Shown in pieces: positions 18,356 to 26,492 of a stretch of 32,000 nucleotides of DNA. Made by a program: the position numbers and the translations under genes. Source of the DNA: Microcystis aeruginosa NIES-843 (GTDB taxonomy: Bacteria; Cyanobacteriota; Cyanobacteriia; Cyanobacteriales; Microcystaceae). The first letter of the stretch is position 1; each line of letters opens with the position of its first letter. Below the pieces are notes generated by a model that saw only the letters and a list, made by a program, of their open reading frames with translations, did not search any database and had not been told where the DNA came from. The stretch covers positions 4,620,001-4,652,000 of the forward strand of contig NC_010296.1 of assembly GCF_000010625.1 (NCBI RefSeq). The letters run 5' to 3'.

Positions 18356-18700
18356 TTATCGATTAGCTTGAGGTTCATTACCCCAATTGTTCCAATTGTG
18401 CCAAGGAGTAGGGGGAGTGGGAATTGTACCCCCACCAGAACCGCCATCATCTGTTTTTTTAGCGATCGCTTGCCCCCCTATTTTAACCGATTTATCTAAA
18501 GTCTGTGGCTTTTCATCGATAATGCGCTGCCGACCGATCATTTCCCGAACTTTTGCTAATCGCCCCTCTAGATTAGACTGATGATCAGCCTGAGTATCGG
18601 CCGCTAATAGAGCTTTATTCCCACTAGGACTAAAAACAAAAGTGACGAGCGTGGCCAAAATCGTGGTTAATATTTTCGGAAGCAGATGTTTTAAATTCAT
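18356..18700 (-). CDS. RiPP precursor candidate B (114 aa) with C-terminal W-x-N core
   Basis: ATG at 18700. It has a signal-peptide-like N-terminus (MNLKHLLPK-ILTTILATLVTFVF...ALLA|AD), the leader helix GRLAKVREMI and a Gly-rich linker DDGGSGGG. The core WHNWNNWGN is at 18377-18403, followed by EPQANR. Confidence 0.7.
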   Translation of the reverse strand: MNLKHLLPKILTTILATLVTFVFSPSGNKALLAADTQADHQSNLEGRLAKVREMIGRQRIIDEKPQTLDKSVKIGGQAIAKKTDDGGSGGGTIPTPPTPWHNWNNWGNEPQANR

Positions 18701-18821
18701 ACTACACCCGGGAGTTTGAATGGTCTAATTGTAGTCGCTCAAATTCAATCTGTAAACTTTTAGAGGGAGGAAATTAAGAATTCTGCTACATTAATGAATA
18801 TTCTAGACGAGAGACAAAAAA

Positions 18822-19250
18822 ATGACCCTCGATCGAGTGATCGTCGGTTGGCGAGAATGGCTCGATTTACCTGATTTAGGCATTACCAAAATAAAAGCCA
18901 AGATTGATACAGGCGCTCGCTCCTCGGCCTTACACGCTTTTCATCTGCATCCTTTTCGAGATGGCGATCGCAATTGGCTGCGCTTTCAAGTTCATCCCTA
19001 CCAAAAAGATAGTCACCACACTGTCACCACTACCGCAGAAATCCTCGAATGGCGACAGGTAAAAAATTCTGGGGGTCAAAGTCAACTACGTCCTGTTATT
19101 AGAACAAGTGTATTGCTTGGTGGTCGTCAATGGGCGATCGAATTAACTTTAACTAATCGCGATGTCATGGGTTTTCGGATGTTATTAGGACGAGAAGCGC
19201 TGAAAAAAGGCTTTCTTGTCCATCCGAATAAGTCTTTTTTACTGAGTTAA
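18822..19250 (+). CDS. retropepsin-like aspartic protease domain protein (family annotated as 'putative ATP-dependent zinc protease', COG4067-like)
   Basis: 142 aa. The string VGWREWLDLPDLGITKIKAKIDTGARSSALHA contains the D-T-G-A aspartic protease signature and the family's typical N-terminal context. Confidence 0.7.
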   Translation: MTLDRVIVGWREWLDLPDLGITKIKAKIDTGARSSALHAFHLHPFRDGDRNWLRFQVHPYQKDSHHTVTTTAEILEWRQVKNSGGQSQLRPVIRTSVLLGGRQWAIELTLTNRDVMGFRMLLGREALKKGFLVHPNKSFLLS

Positions 19251-19258
19251 GTTATATT

Positions 19259-19454
19259 TAGGGTTTGCGGCAAAAAGTTTTTCCTAGGGGCAGGGTGTGG
19301 GTTTTACCGATTTTGAGGGGGTCAATTACCTAATTTTCAGGGAAAAAGTCCAGGAATTTTCCCCCTGATCACTCCCAGGGCCGGTACTTTTTGATTGACA
19401 AAAAGTCTAAAGATATTATCCAACAAGGTTTTTAGATTTATTCAGCCAGCCCTA
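19259..19454. repeat. ~196-bp dispersed intergenic element, copy 1 (MITE-like or structured spacer element)
   Basis: Near-identical to 24241-24458 in the same orientation. It fills the whole spacer between convergent genes and overlaps the stop of the GH88-like gene. Internal hairpins include ACTTTTTG-attga-CAAAAAGT and CAGGGAAAA...TTTTCCCCCTG. Confidence 0.85.
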
Positions 19455-20879
19455 AGTAGCGGGTAAATCTTGGTATTCAGCCAAAGCATTTATAAAAAAC
19501 AAGTCTCCCCAAATTAAACCCGTATCATAGATTTGGCTGGGTTGAATCGCGGCGGGATGATGATAACAACCATGACGCAATAAACTCATCTCTGGGGCGG
19601 TTTCGTCGGGAAAATAGGCAAAAGAAGTCAAATTCAAGAGAGTATTATCGATCGCCTCTCGATAGGTTCCATAACTAGGATCACTGCTGGGTAAAGCTTT
19701 TAATAAGCGAATCATCCCCGCCACAGCGATCGCCGCTGCCGAAGAATCCTTTTCCGTAGCGGCATTTTTTTGCAAGGCATAATCAAAGTCCCAGGGAGGA
19801 ATAAAATCCCCGGCGCGTCTTTGTCCACCGGGCCAGCGATCGGGCAAATTGTCCAGATAATAATTAATGGCATCCTTGGCAATGGTTAACATTTCTGGAT
19901 CGCCGGTGTAAATATAGGCCGTCGTGGCAGCATAAATAAACCAAGCTTGACCCCGGGACCAAGTGCTATCATCGCGCCAGCCCTGTTTTCCCTCATTAAA
20001 TAAGAAATTTCTATAGGTGGGAGAGTTGACATTTTGATCAAAATAGCCTCTTTGCCAAGTTCCCGTTTTACCCGGGCGACGGTTAGCCCCAAAGGTGCGG
20101 CTAATGGTGCGGATGTGGGAAAGGGCCTTTTCTTGCCAATCTTTTGCCTCCTTGGGGTCAGGATTGTGGAGACTTGCCCAGAGCATTTGTTCTATATTGA
20201 TCGTATGGTCGATAAAAACCTGCCAATGTTCTTGCTGATCGGTGCGATCGGCCTTGCGTAACCAGCCAAAAGTCCCGATATCGGTGTGATAACTCCCTTT
20301 GCCATCCTGAAAAGGTTGCGCTAGTTGTCTGGCGGACTGTAAAGTTATCTCTAAAGCTGCCTGTTTTTCCTGGCCCCGTCCCGACTCAAACCAAGGAGCA
20401 AACACCAGCACATTATTGAGAGCGATGTCTTTGTTCTTCAAACTCGCTTCTTTTAAGGGATCGCTCCATTTTTTCGCGGCAGCTGCCCAAAATCCCGCAT
20501 CCATAGGGTTTGATTCTAAGTCAGCAATTTTCCATAATAAAGCAGCAAAAGCTCCGGCTGCCCAAAAATCAGCCTTTTCTAACTTCCAAGTGCCGGGGGT
20601 GGGACTATTCCTCCTCCGTAGCCAATTGAAGAAATTAAAACCCGATGGCTCTGGATGGGTAAGATAGGGATAGAGAATTCCCCGACGGGCATAACTATCG
20701 AGATAGTCGATCGTGGTAGCTAGTTTAATCTTAGCCAGATCGAGACAGAGCTTAATTCTTGCAGCTAGGGGCATTTTAGCCCGCAATTCCGCCGCCGATT
20801 GGGGACGATGGACAATCCGGACGGCCACCGCACCGATCGCCGCCCCCGTACCCATAATAATTAGCGTGCGTCGCTTCAA
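19452..20879 (-). CDS. glycoside hydrolase family 88-like protein (unsaturated glucuronyl hydrolase-like) with an RR-containing N-terminal signal-like segment
   Basis: DDSTWSRGQAWFIYAATTAYIYTGDP and IPPWDFDY resemble GH88 motifs as I recall them. TTG start at 20879 with AGGAG 8 nt upstream. The N-terminus is (M)KRRTLIIMGTGAAIGAVAV. Confidence 0.55.
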   Translation of the reverse strand: MKRRTLIIMGTGAAIGAVAVRIVHRPQSAAELRAKMPLAARIKLCLDLAKIKLATTIDYLDSYARRGILYPYLTHPEPSGFNFFNWLRRRNSPTPGTWKLEKADFWAAGAFAALLWKIADLESNPMDAGFWAAAAKKWSDPLKEASLKNKDIALNNVLVFAPWFESGRGQEKQAALEITLQSARQLAQPFQDGKGSYHTDIGTFGWLRKADRTDQQEHWQVFIDHTINIEQMLWASLHNPDPKEAKDWQEKALSHIRTISRTFGANRRPGKTGTWQRGYFDQNVNSPTYRNFLFNEGKQGWRDDSTWSRGQAWFIYAATTAYIYTGDPEMLTIAKDAINYYLDNLPDRWPGGQRRAGDFIPPWDFDYALQKNAATEKDSSAAAIAVAGMIRLLKALPSSDPSYGTYREAIDNTLLNLTSFAYFPDETAPEMSLLRHGCYHHPAAIQPSQIYDTGLIWGDLFFINALAEYQDLPAT

Positions 20880-20890
20880 ATTCCCGACTC

Positions 20891-22702
20891 CTAAGCTGGA
20901 TAGATGCGAATACGGCGATTCGGTTCCTCTCCGAAGCTATCGGATTGGAGACGGTAATGTTCCACTAATTCGTGTTGCATTTTCCGCACTTTCGCCGATC
21001 GCGGCAGTAACTCCACCGGTTGGCCGGTAGGGATAACGATTTGTTCCACCGCTAACCGGGCCTCCTCCAAAGCTTCGATCTCGTCATCGCTACCGCTGCG
21101 GGCAAATAAACGCATATCCGCACCTTCCTGATTCATCGGGTCATCAATGCCCAAAATCCGCTTTAAACCGCGAGAAATTTGGGGCAGGGTATTGGATTTG
21201 ATGCCGTGGATGGGAATTTGTCTTACTTTGGCAATTTGCCGCAATTTTGACTGATTTTTAACGTGGGAACGCAGGGCCAGCACTGCGTCGGCCTCCTGTA
21301 AATCTTTGGTCAAAACGATCGGCAAATCTAGGGCCTGTACTACCTGTTCGATCGGGGCGCGACTGACTCCGTAGGGATAGACATAAACCGGCCAATCTTC
21401 GCCATTGGGACCGGGGACGCGGACTTTTTCCGTTTCCGGTTCTTCCTGCAGCCAGGATTGTTCGAGGAGGCGATCAAAATCGTTTTCCCGGTTGAGTCCG
21501 CCTGCACCGAAACGGGCCACGGGAGTCATCCGGCCATCGGCCCGCCATCCCTTGGGTTTATCCATTTCCGGCAGATAATTGCCGCGCAAAGGGGTCAACT
21601 TTTCCGGTTTTGGTTCTTCCTGAGTGACCTGTACTTTTCCCTCCTCATCTACCCAACGGATTTGGGCAATTGCTTCCCGTCCCCGCAGCAGTTGGTCGAT
21701 CGTGGTGGATACGTCCTCGTGGATGACCCAGCGCTGACGTTCCAACATTTCGATGGCAATCTCAAAGGTGGGGGGTGCTTTGCGTTCTAAAACGGTTTTT
21801 TGGGAACCCCGGCGGCGTGCTTCTTCGTCTCCGAGAGTTACTGCTTGAATTCCCCCAACTAAATCCGATAAAGTCGGGTTTTTAATTAAATTTTCCAGTT
21901 GATTGCCGTGGGCGGTTCCCACTAACTGCACCCCGCGTTCGGCGATCGTGCGGGCGGCCAGAGCTTCTAATTCCGTACCGATCTCATCAATCACGATCAC
22001 CTCTGGCATATGGTTTTCCACTGCTTCGATCATGACTTGATGCTGCAATTCCGGACGGGCCACCTGCATCCGACGAGCGCGACCGATGGCCGGATGGGGA
22101 ATATCTCCATCCCCGGCGATTTCGTTGGAGGTGTCGATAATCACTACCCGTTTATTGAGGTCGTCGGCTAAAACTCGGGCTATTTCCCGGAGAGCGGTGG
22201 TTTTCCCTACCCCCGGACGACCGAGCAGCAGCAGGGATTTACCCGTTTCCACTAGGTCGTTAATCAGGGTGATCGTACCGAAAACGGCCCGACCGATACG
22301 ACAGGTTAAACCGATAATTTCCCCGTCTCGATTGCGAATGGCACTGATGCGGTGCAGGGTGCGTTCAATCCCGGCGCGATTATCGCCGCTAAAACTGCCC
22401 ACCCTGGCGATCGAATACTGGATTTCTTCTTTTGAGATCGGTTCGTCCCCCAGATCGATCGCCCCATCGGGAAAACGCGCTTCTGGTATGCGTCCCAAAT
22501 CCATAACTACTTCGATCAGTTGATGCTGCCGCGGGTGTTCCTCGATTTTGCCGCGAATCCGCGCGGGTAGAATTGCCAAGAGTTTGTTTAAATCGTCGGT
22601 CACTGGCATCCGAGAGGAGGGTAGGGTTTCTGGCATTAATAGTAAAAGGTTTTGGCGATAATTGGCTGTTTTTATTGCCAAGATTTTCTTGGGGTCTAAC
22701 AC
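20891..22702 (-). CDS. ycf45: AAA ATPase with C-terminal R3H nucleic-acid-binding domain (Ycf45/SpoIIIAA-like)
   Basis: Walker A LLLLGRPGVGKTT and Walker B VIVIDEIGT. The R3H-like tail is LLPRSAKVRKMQHELVEHYRLQSDSFGEEPNRRIRIY. The start is uncertain: GTG at 22702, ATG at 22636 or ATG at 22609. Confidence 0.75.
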   Translation of the reverse strand: MLDPKKILAIKTANYRQNLLLLMPETLPSSRMPVTDDLNKLLAILPARIRGKIEEHPRQHQLIEVVMDLGRIPEARFPDGAIDLGDEPISKEEIQYSIARVGSFSGDNRAGIERTLHRISAIRNRDGEIIGLTCRIGRAVFGTITLINDLVETGKSLLLLGRPGVGKTTALREIARVLADDLNKRVVIIDTSNEIAGDGDIPHPAIGRARRMQVARPELQHQVMIEAVENHMPEVIVIDEIGTELEALAARTIAERGVQLVGTAHGNQLENLIKNPTLSDLVGGIQAVTLGDEEARRRGSQKTVLERKAPPTFEIAIEMLERQRWVIHEDVSTTIDQLLRGREAIAQIRWVDEEGKVQVTQEEPKPEKLTPLRGNYLPEMDKPKGWRADGRMTPVARFGAGGLNRENDFDRLLEQSWLQEEPETEKVRVPGPNGEDWPVYVYPYGVSRAPIEQVVQALDLPIVLTKDLQEADAVLALRSHVKNQSKLRQIAKVRQIPIHGIKSNTLPQISRGLKRILGIDDPMNQEGADMRLFARSGSDDEIEALEEARLAVEQIVIPTGQPVELLPRSAKVRKMQHELVEHYRLQSDSFGEEPNRRIRIYPA

Positions 22703-22753
22703 ATTTAGGGGTTAGTTGTCAATTTAAAAAATATTATAGTTTTTTGACCAAGG

Positions 22754-23755
22754 CTAGGCCTTCAATTGAGCAACGAGAATAGAAGCGGCTTTAACGGCTT
22801 CTTGGTAGGCTTGCGGGTCATTTTCAAGGTTAGGCTGGTCTAAATGCTCTAAAATTGGCAAAATCAATGAACGGGCGTAACTTCCATAGGCAATACCAGC
22901 GATTTTTTCTCTCAGTCCCAGTTGCTGTAATTTGGTCACGGTATGGTCATTGGTTCCCCCGGCTAACTGCACAAATCCGGCTAGATTGGCACAGAGGACT
23001 TTTTTGGCCATGTTAATGGCCGGGTGGGTGGTTCCTTTGCCGATATCGCCGCTCATCGGTCGGCCGTCAGTCTGCCAAATCAGAGGACAGCTTAGGGGTG
23101 AAATAGTTTCTCGCAGATAGTGGAGGTAATCAATGATATATTCATGATCTTGGCAACTTATGGCGAGGATTTTTAGGTTTTTACTGACAGGTGCGATCGC
23201 TTGCCAGAGTCGAGCAAATTCCTCTCCATGACCGACTTGGGTATGAATTTCGATCGCATCGACTCCCATTTCGATAATTAAGGGGATAATTTCTTGGGGT
23301 TGACAGACACGGGATTTTGTCTCGATTATTTGCCGGGGACAAACGGGTAAGCAGCGACCGCAACCATAACAGCGCTGCTCAATCACTCCTCCCCTATCGA
23401 TAGCATAAGCGGGACAGATTTTTTCGCAGGGACGGGGACAATCGACCGGACAGAGTTGCGGGTTAAAGACAGCTTTACGAAAGTGGGGATCTTCACCGTC
23501 ATTGAGACTGACCATTAACCAAGGTCGTCGATTGGGAGGTAATCCAGCGATTTTGGCGGCGGTTTCGATGCCTTCTTTGGCCGCAACAATCACAGCCCGG
23601 TCGGCGGCCACATCAATACAATCGGCCCCGACGATAGTATAGGTCAAAGCGAGGTTGCGAATCGTGGGCAAATCCTGGTAACTGGCTCCACAGATGAGCT
23701 TGAACCAGTGACCCGCAACTAAGGACTCTAAGGGAGAGGAGTTTTTATCTAGCAC
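22754..23755 (-). CDS. ldpA: iron-sulfur circadian input protein LdpA-like
   Basis: N-terminal WFKLICGASYQDLPTIRNLALTYTIVGADCIDVAAD, plus two ferredoxin-type clusters (CPRPCEKICP and CYGCGRCLPVCP), matches LdpA as I recall it. GTG start. Confidence 0.7.
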   Translation of the reverse strand: MLDKNSSPLESLVAGHWFKLICGASYQDLPTIRNLALTYTIVGADCIDVAADRAVIVAAKEGIETAAKIAGLPPNRRPWLMVSLNDGEDPHFRKAVFNPQLCPVDCPRPCEKICPAYAIDRGGVIEQRCYGCGRCLPVCPRQIIETKSRVCQPQEIIPLIIEMGVDAIEIHTQVGHGEEFARLWQAIAPVSKNLKILAISCQDHEYIIDYLHYLRETISPLSCPLIWQTDGRPMSGDIGKGTTHPAINMAKKVLCANLAGFVQLAGGTNDHTVTKLQQLGLREKIAGIAYGSYARSLILPILEHLDQPNLENDPQAYQEAVKAASILVAQLKA

Positions 23756-24003
23756 TTTTTCATCCTATCGCGCCCAGCCCCTAAATGTCAGCCTTGTGCT
23801 GCTCTGATTCTTACCTAAAGACTGATTATTGATTCTTCTTGGACGTACTAGGCCACCAACGGTAAGTAAAACCGATTTATTCAACAACTTCATTGTCTTT
23901 TTACCAGTAAGTCACCGAAGGGCGGTCGTCTTTCTTTATATTCTTGATGTATAATGATAGTTATATAATGTCAATAGTATGTTTAGATGATTTTTGAGAT
24001 ATA

Positions 24004-24234
24004 ATGACGGATATGGAACTAGGACAGCGTATGCAGAAATTACGAGAAAACGCTGGGTTAACTCAAAGAAAACTAGCGGAACGGTTAGGTGTGACAGTGC
24101 AAACCGTAAGCAATTGGGAAACAGGCCACAGGGAACCCAGAATGAACCCATCGCAAACATTAAAGCTATGTCAATCCCTTAACTGCTCACTTGCACAACT
24201 AGCTGGAGCGATCGCACCATGCCAAGACAACTGA
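24004..24234 (+). CDS. XRE-family helix-turn-helix transcriptional regulator (76 aa)
   Basis: LRENAGLTQRKLAERLGVTVQTVSNWETGHREP is a canonical Cro/C1-type HTH. Confidence 0.8.
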   Translation: MTDMELGQRMQKLRENAGLTQRKLAERLGVTVQTVSNWETGHREPRMNPSQTLKLCQSLNCSLAQLAGAIAPCQDN

Positions 24235-24240
24235 CATATC

Positions 24241-24458
24241 TAGGGTTTGCGGCAAAAAGTTTTTCGGTGGGGGCAGGGTGTGGGGTGTGGGGTGTGGGGT
24301 GTGGGGTTTTACCAGTTTTGAGGTGGCCAATTACCTAATTTTCAGGGAAAAAGTGCCTAAATTTCCCCCCGATCACTCCCAGATCCAGTACTTTTTGATT
24401 GACAAAAGGTCTAAAAGTCTTACCCAACAAGGTTTTTAGATTTATTCAGCCAGCCCTA
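24241..24458. repeat. ~218-bp dispersed intergenic element, copy 2, with expanded (GGGGTGT) VNTR
   Basis: Aligns end to end with 19259-19454. The extra 21 nt are three additional GGGGTGT units within 24276-24306. It also lies between convergent genes. Confidence 0.85.
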
Positions 24459-24553
24459 CTTAAATCGAGCCTGTTAGTGTGTAAGGTTGGGAGACGGCCC
24501 TAGTAGCGATCGCTGTTAGTTGTGTGGCAATCAGGACAGTCGATGATAAAAAT

Positions 24554-24859
24554 TTAATCATACGTTTTTAAATGTAAGCGGTCATTTTTTATCATATTGA
24601 TTCTTCTTGAACGAATGTCATCGGCCTCTACATTCAACCATAACCCCAAACGCTGCTTTTGGCGGGCTTTATAGGAAGCTAACAGCCAAATAGAGCCAGA
24701 AATCAAAGAAGGAGCAAGGACAAAAAAAGTGGCCATGGTTACGGGATGTTCCCGGCCCCAGACCCAATAAATCATCACGGCAAAAATCAAGCCACAGTAA
24801 GCTAGTCCTAGAAAGGGGATGCCAATGACTAAAATGGCGAATCGAGTATCTTTATCCAT
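24554..24859 (-). CDS. hypothetical small membrane protein (~101 aa, 3 predicted TM segments)
   Basis: ATG at 24859; the ORF-track start at 24880 is TTG. Hydrophobic segments are FAILVIGIPFLGLAYCGLIFAVMIYWVW and ATFFVLAPSLISGSIWLLA. I recognise no family. Confidence 0.45.
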   Translation of the reverse strand: MDKDTRFAILVIGIPFLGLAYCGLIFAVMIYWVWGREHPVTMATFFVLAPSLISGSIWLLASYKARQKQRLGLWLNVEADDIRSRRINMIKNDRLHLKTYD

Positions 24860-24994
24860 AAAATATCGGGATGGCAGCAAAGATTTAGCGGATGGGTTCC
24901 GCTTGCCCCTCTCTTTACTTATAAAATCCCGAAAGATATACTGTCACTAGATTTATCAAAAATTTTGCCAGGCGGATTTGGTAAAATTATGTAG

Positions 24995-25576
24995 TTAATC
25001 GAGTTCATCAAACAAAAGTTCCTCTAGAATTGGTCCCATGCCGTCATCATCGGGGGAAACTAATTCAACTTTCCCTTCCGCATCACCGACGGCTAAGAAT
25101 AACAAAGGAGCTAGGGGACTGTAAATCGAGTATTTTTGGTCTTCCGAAAAGAAACTGGCGAGAAATTGCAATTCTTCCGGCTCTGATGACGAGGAGGGTT
25201 CATCGCCATCAATTTCTAAACTGAGAACATTATCTTCTTCTAGGGGCGGTAATTCACCACTAACAGTCAAGGTGTGGGCAGTGGATTTGAGCAATAGGTC
25301 TAATTCTGCTAACACTGCCTTAGCATCGGCGAAAATCCGCTCGATTTCCTCGCTATCTTCGATTAAGAAGGCATCAGATTCTTCTTCCTCCGATTCCTCA
25401 TCCCAAGCTAGAATCATCACCGGGGTATCCACGGGGACAAGAAGCATATAGGTGAGATCATCGGTTTCATAGGCGTTCTCAATATAACAGTCCAGCGATC
25501 GACCTTGCTCATCCCAGAGGGTTATGATATCCGCTTCTTCGAGTTCGTTTTCTTGAAAATTAAATTGAGGGGACAT
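24995..25576 (-). CDS. acidic conserved cyanobacterial protein (DUF1292/DUF3727-like)
   Basis: 193 aa and very acidic. The segment ITLWDEQGRSLDCYIENAYETDDLTYMLLVPVDTPVMILAW resembles that family, by recollection only. Confidence 0.5.
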   Translation of the reverse strand: MSPQFNFQENELEEADIITLWDEQGRSLDCYIENAYETDDLTYMLLVPVDTPVMILAWDEESEEEESDAFLIEDSEEIERIFADAKAVLAELDLLLKSTAHTLTVSGELPPLEEDNVLSLEIDGDEPSSSSEPEELQFLASFFSEDQKYSIYSPLAPLLFLAVGDAEGKVELVSPDDDGMGPILEELLFDELD

Positions 25577-25623
25577 AGGCTCTCAAACGCTAATGATTGA
25601 ATCAGAATATCATGAGATGATCC

Positions 25624-26436
25624 TCAATCAAACCAAGAATTCCGGTGCAAATGTTGAAAACCCTGCACATCAGTTAAATTGTATTGTAGGGGCGTGATGG
25701 TGATAAAATTCTCGCCAATAGCGCGCACATCCGTAGGGACTTCCGGGGGTAAATGGGTATAGTCCGGTTGTTCGATATCTTCCACCACTTCCCCAATTAA
25801 CCAGTAATAACTTTTACCCCTAGGATCCAGTCTTTTCTCGAAGGTTTCTTCGTAGTGTCGCAATCCTTGCCTAGTGATTTTCACCCCCTTGATTTCGCCA
25901 CTACTAACCGGAGGGACGTTCACATTGAGTAAAGTGGGAAGAGGAAAAGGGTTAAGGGCAACTTTCCTGACTAAAGTGAGGGCAAAATCGGCGGCCGGTT
26001 GGAAATCACAAGCTTTAAAACTAGCCAGACTAAAAGCAATACTGGGAATACCCTCGATTAAGCCCTCCAGGGCTGCGGAAACCGTGCCAGAATAGAGGAT
26101 ATCGGTGCCGAGATTAGACCCGTGGTTAATGCCAGCTAAAACTAAATCGGGACGCTCTTTGAGGACGGCACTAAGGGCAAATTTCACCGAATCGGCGGGA
26201 GTTCCCGAGCAGGACCAAGCAATCACATCGGGATGAAAAATTCCTTCCACCTGTTCGGCCCGGATGGGATGGTGTAAGGTTAAGCCATGACCGGTAGCAG
26301 AGCGCTCGCCGTCGGGACAAACTACGGTGACTTGATGGCCCGCAGTAGCGAGGGTGTTAGCGAGGGTGCGGACTCCTAGGGCGGAAATGCCGTCATCGTT
26401 ACTGATCAGTAGTTTTAAAGGGCGATCGCTAGTCAT
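25624..26436 (-). CDS. surE: 5'/3'-nucleotidase SurE
   Basis: [20 protein letters not shown] and [24 protein letters not shown] are SurE signatures. The real start is the ATG at 26436 (MTSDRPLK). The 53-codon upstream extension in the ORF track runs antisense through tRNA-Arg. Confidence 0.9.
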   Translation of the reverse strand: MTSDRPLKLLISNDDGISALGVRTLANTLATAGHQVTVVCPDGERSATGHGLTLHHPIRAEQVEGIFHPDVIAWSCSGTPADSVKFALSAVLKERPDLVLAGINHGSNLGTDILYSGTVSAALEGLIEGIPSIAFSLASFKACDFQPAADFALTLVRKVALNPFPLPTLLNVNVPPVSSGEIKGVKITRQGLRHYEETFEKRLDPRGKSYYWLIGEVVEDIEQPDYTHLPPEVPTDVRAIGENFITITPLQYNLTDVQGFQHLHRNSWFD

Positions 26437-26492
26437 AGAAATTTCTGCTCTACTGCGTCGGCTAGTGGTATAATATAATAGTATTTTATTGT

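Noticed and set aside
20713-22523. Several 100-145-aa + strand ORFs (20713-21030, 21458-21790, 22086-22523)
   Set aside because: All are antisense to the well-supported ycf45-like gene in a GC-rich stretch where long antisense frames arise by chance.
23941-23969. Two TATAAT hexamers (23950-23955, 23964-23969) as the promoter of the XRE gene
   Set aside because: The -10 matches are plausible, but no convincing -35 lies at proper spacing in this AT-rich stretch, so I do not call it as a feature.
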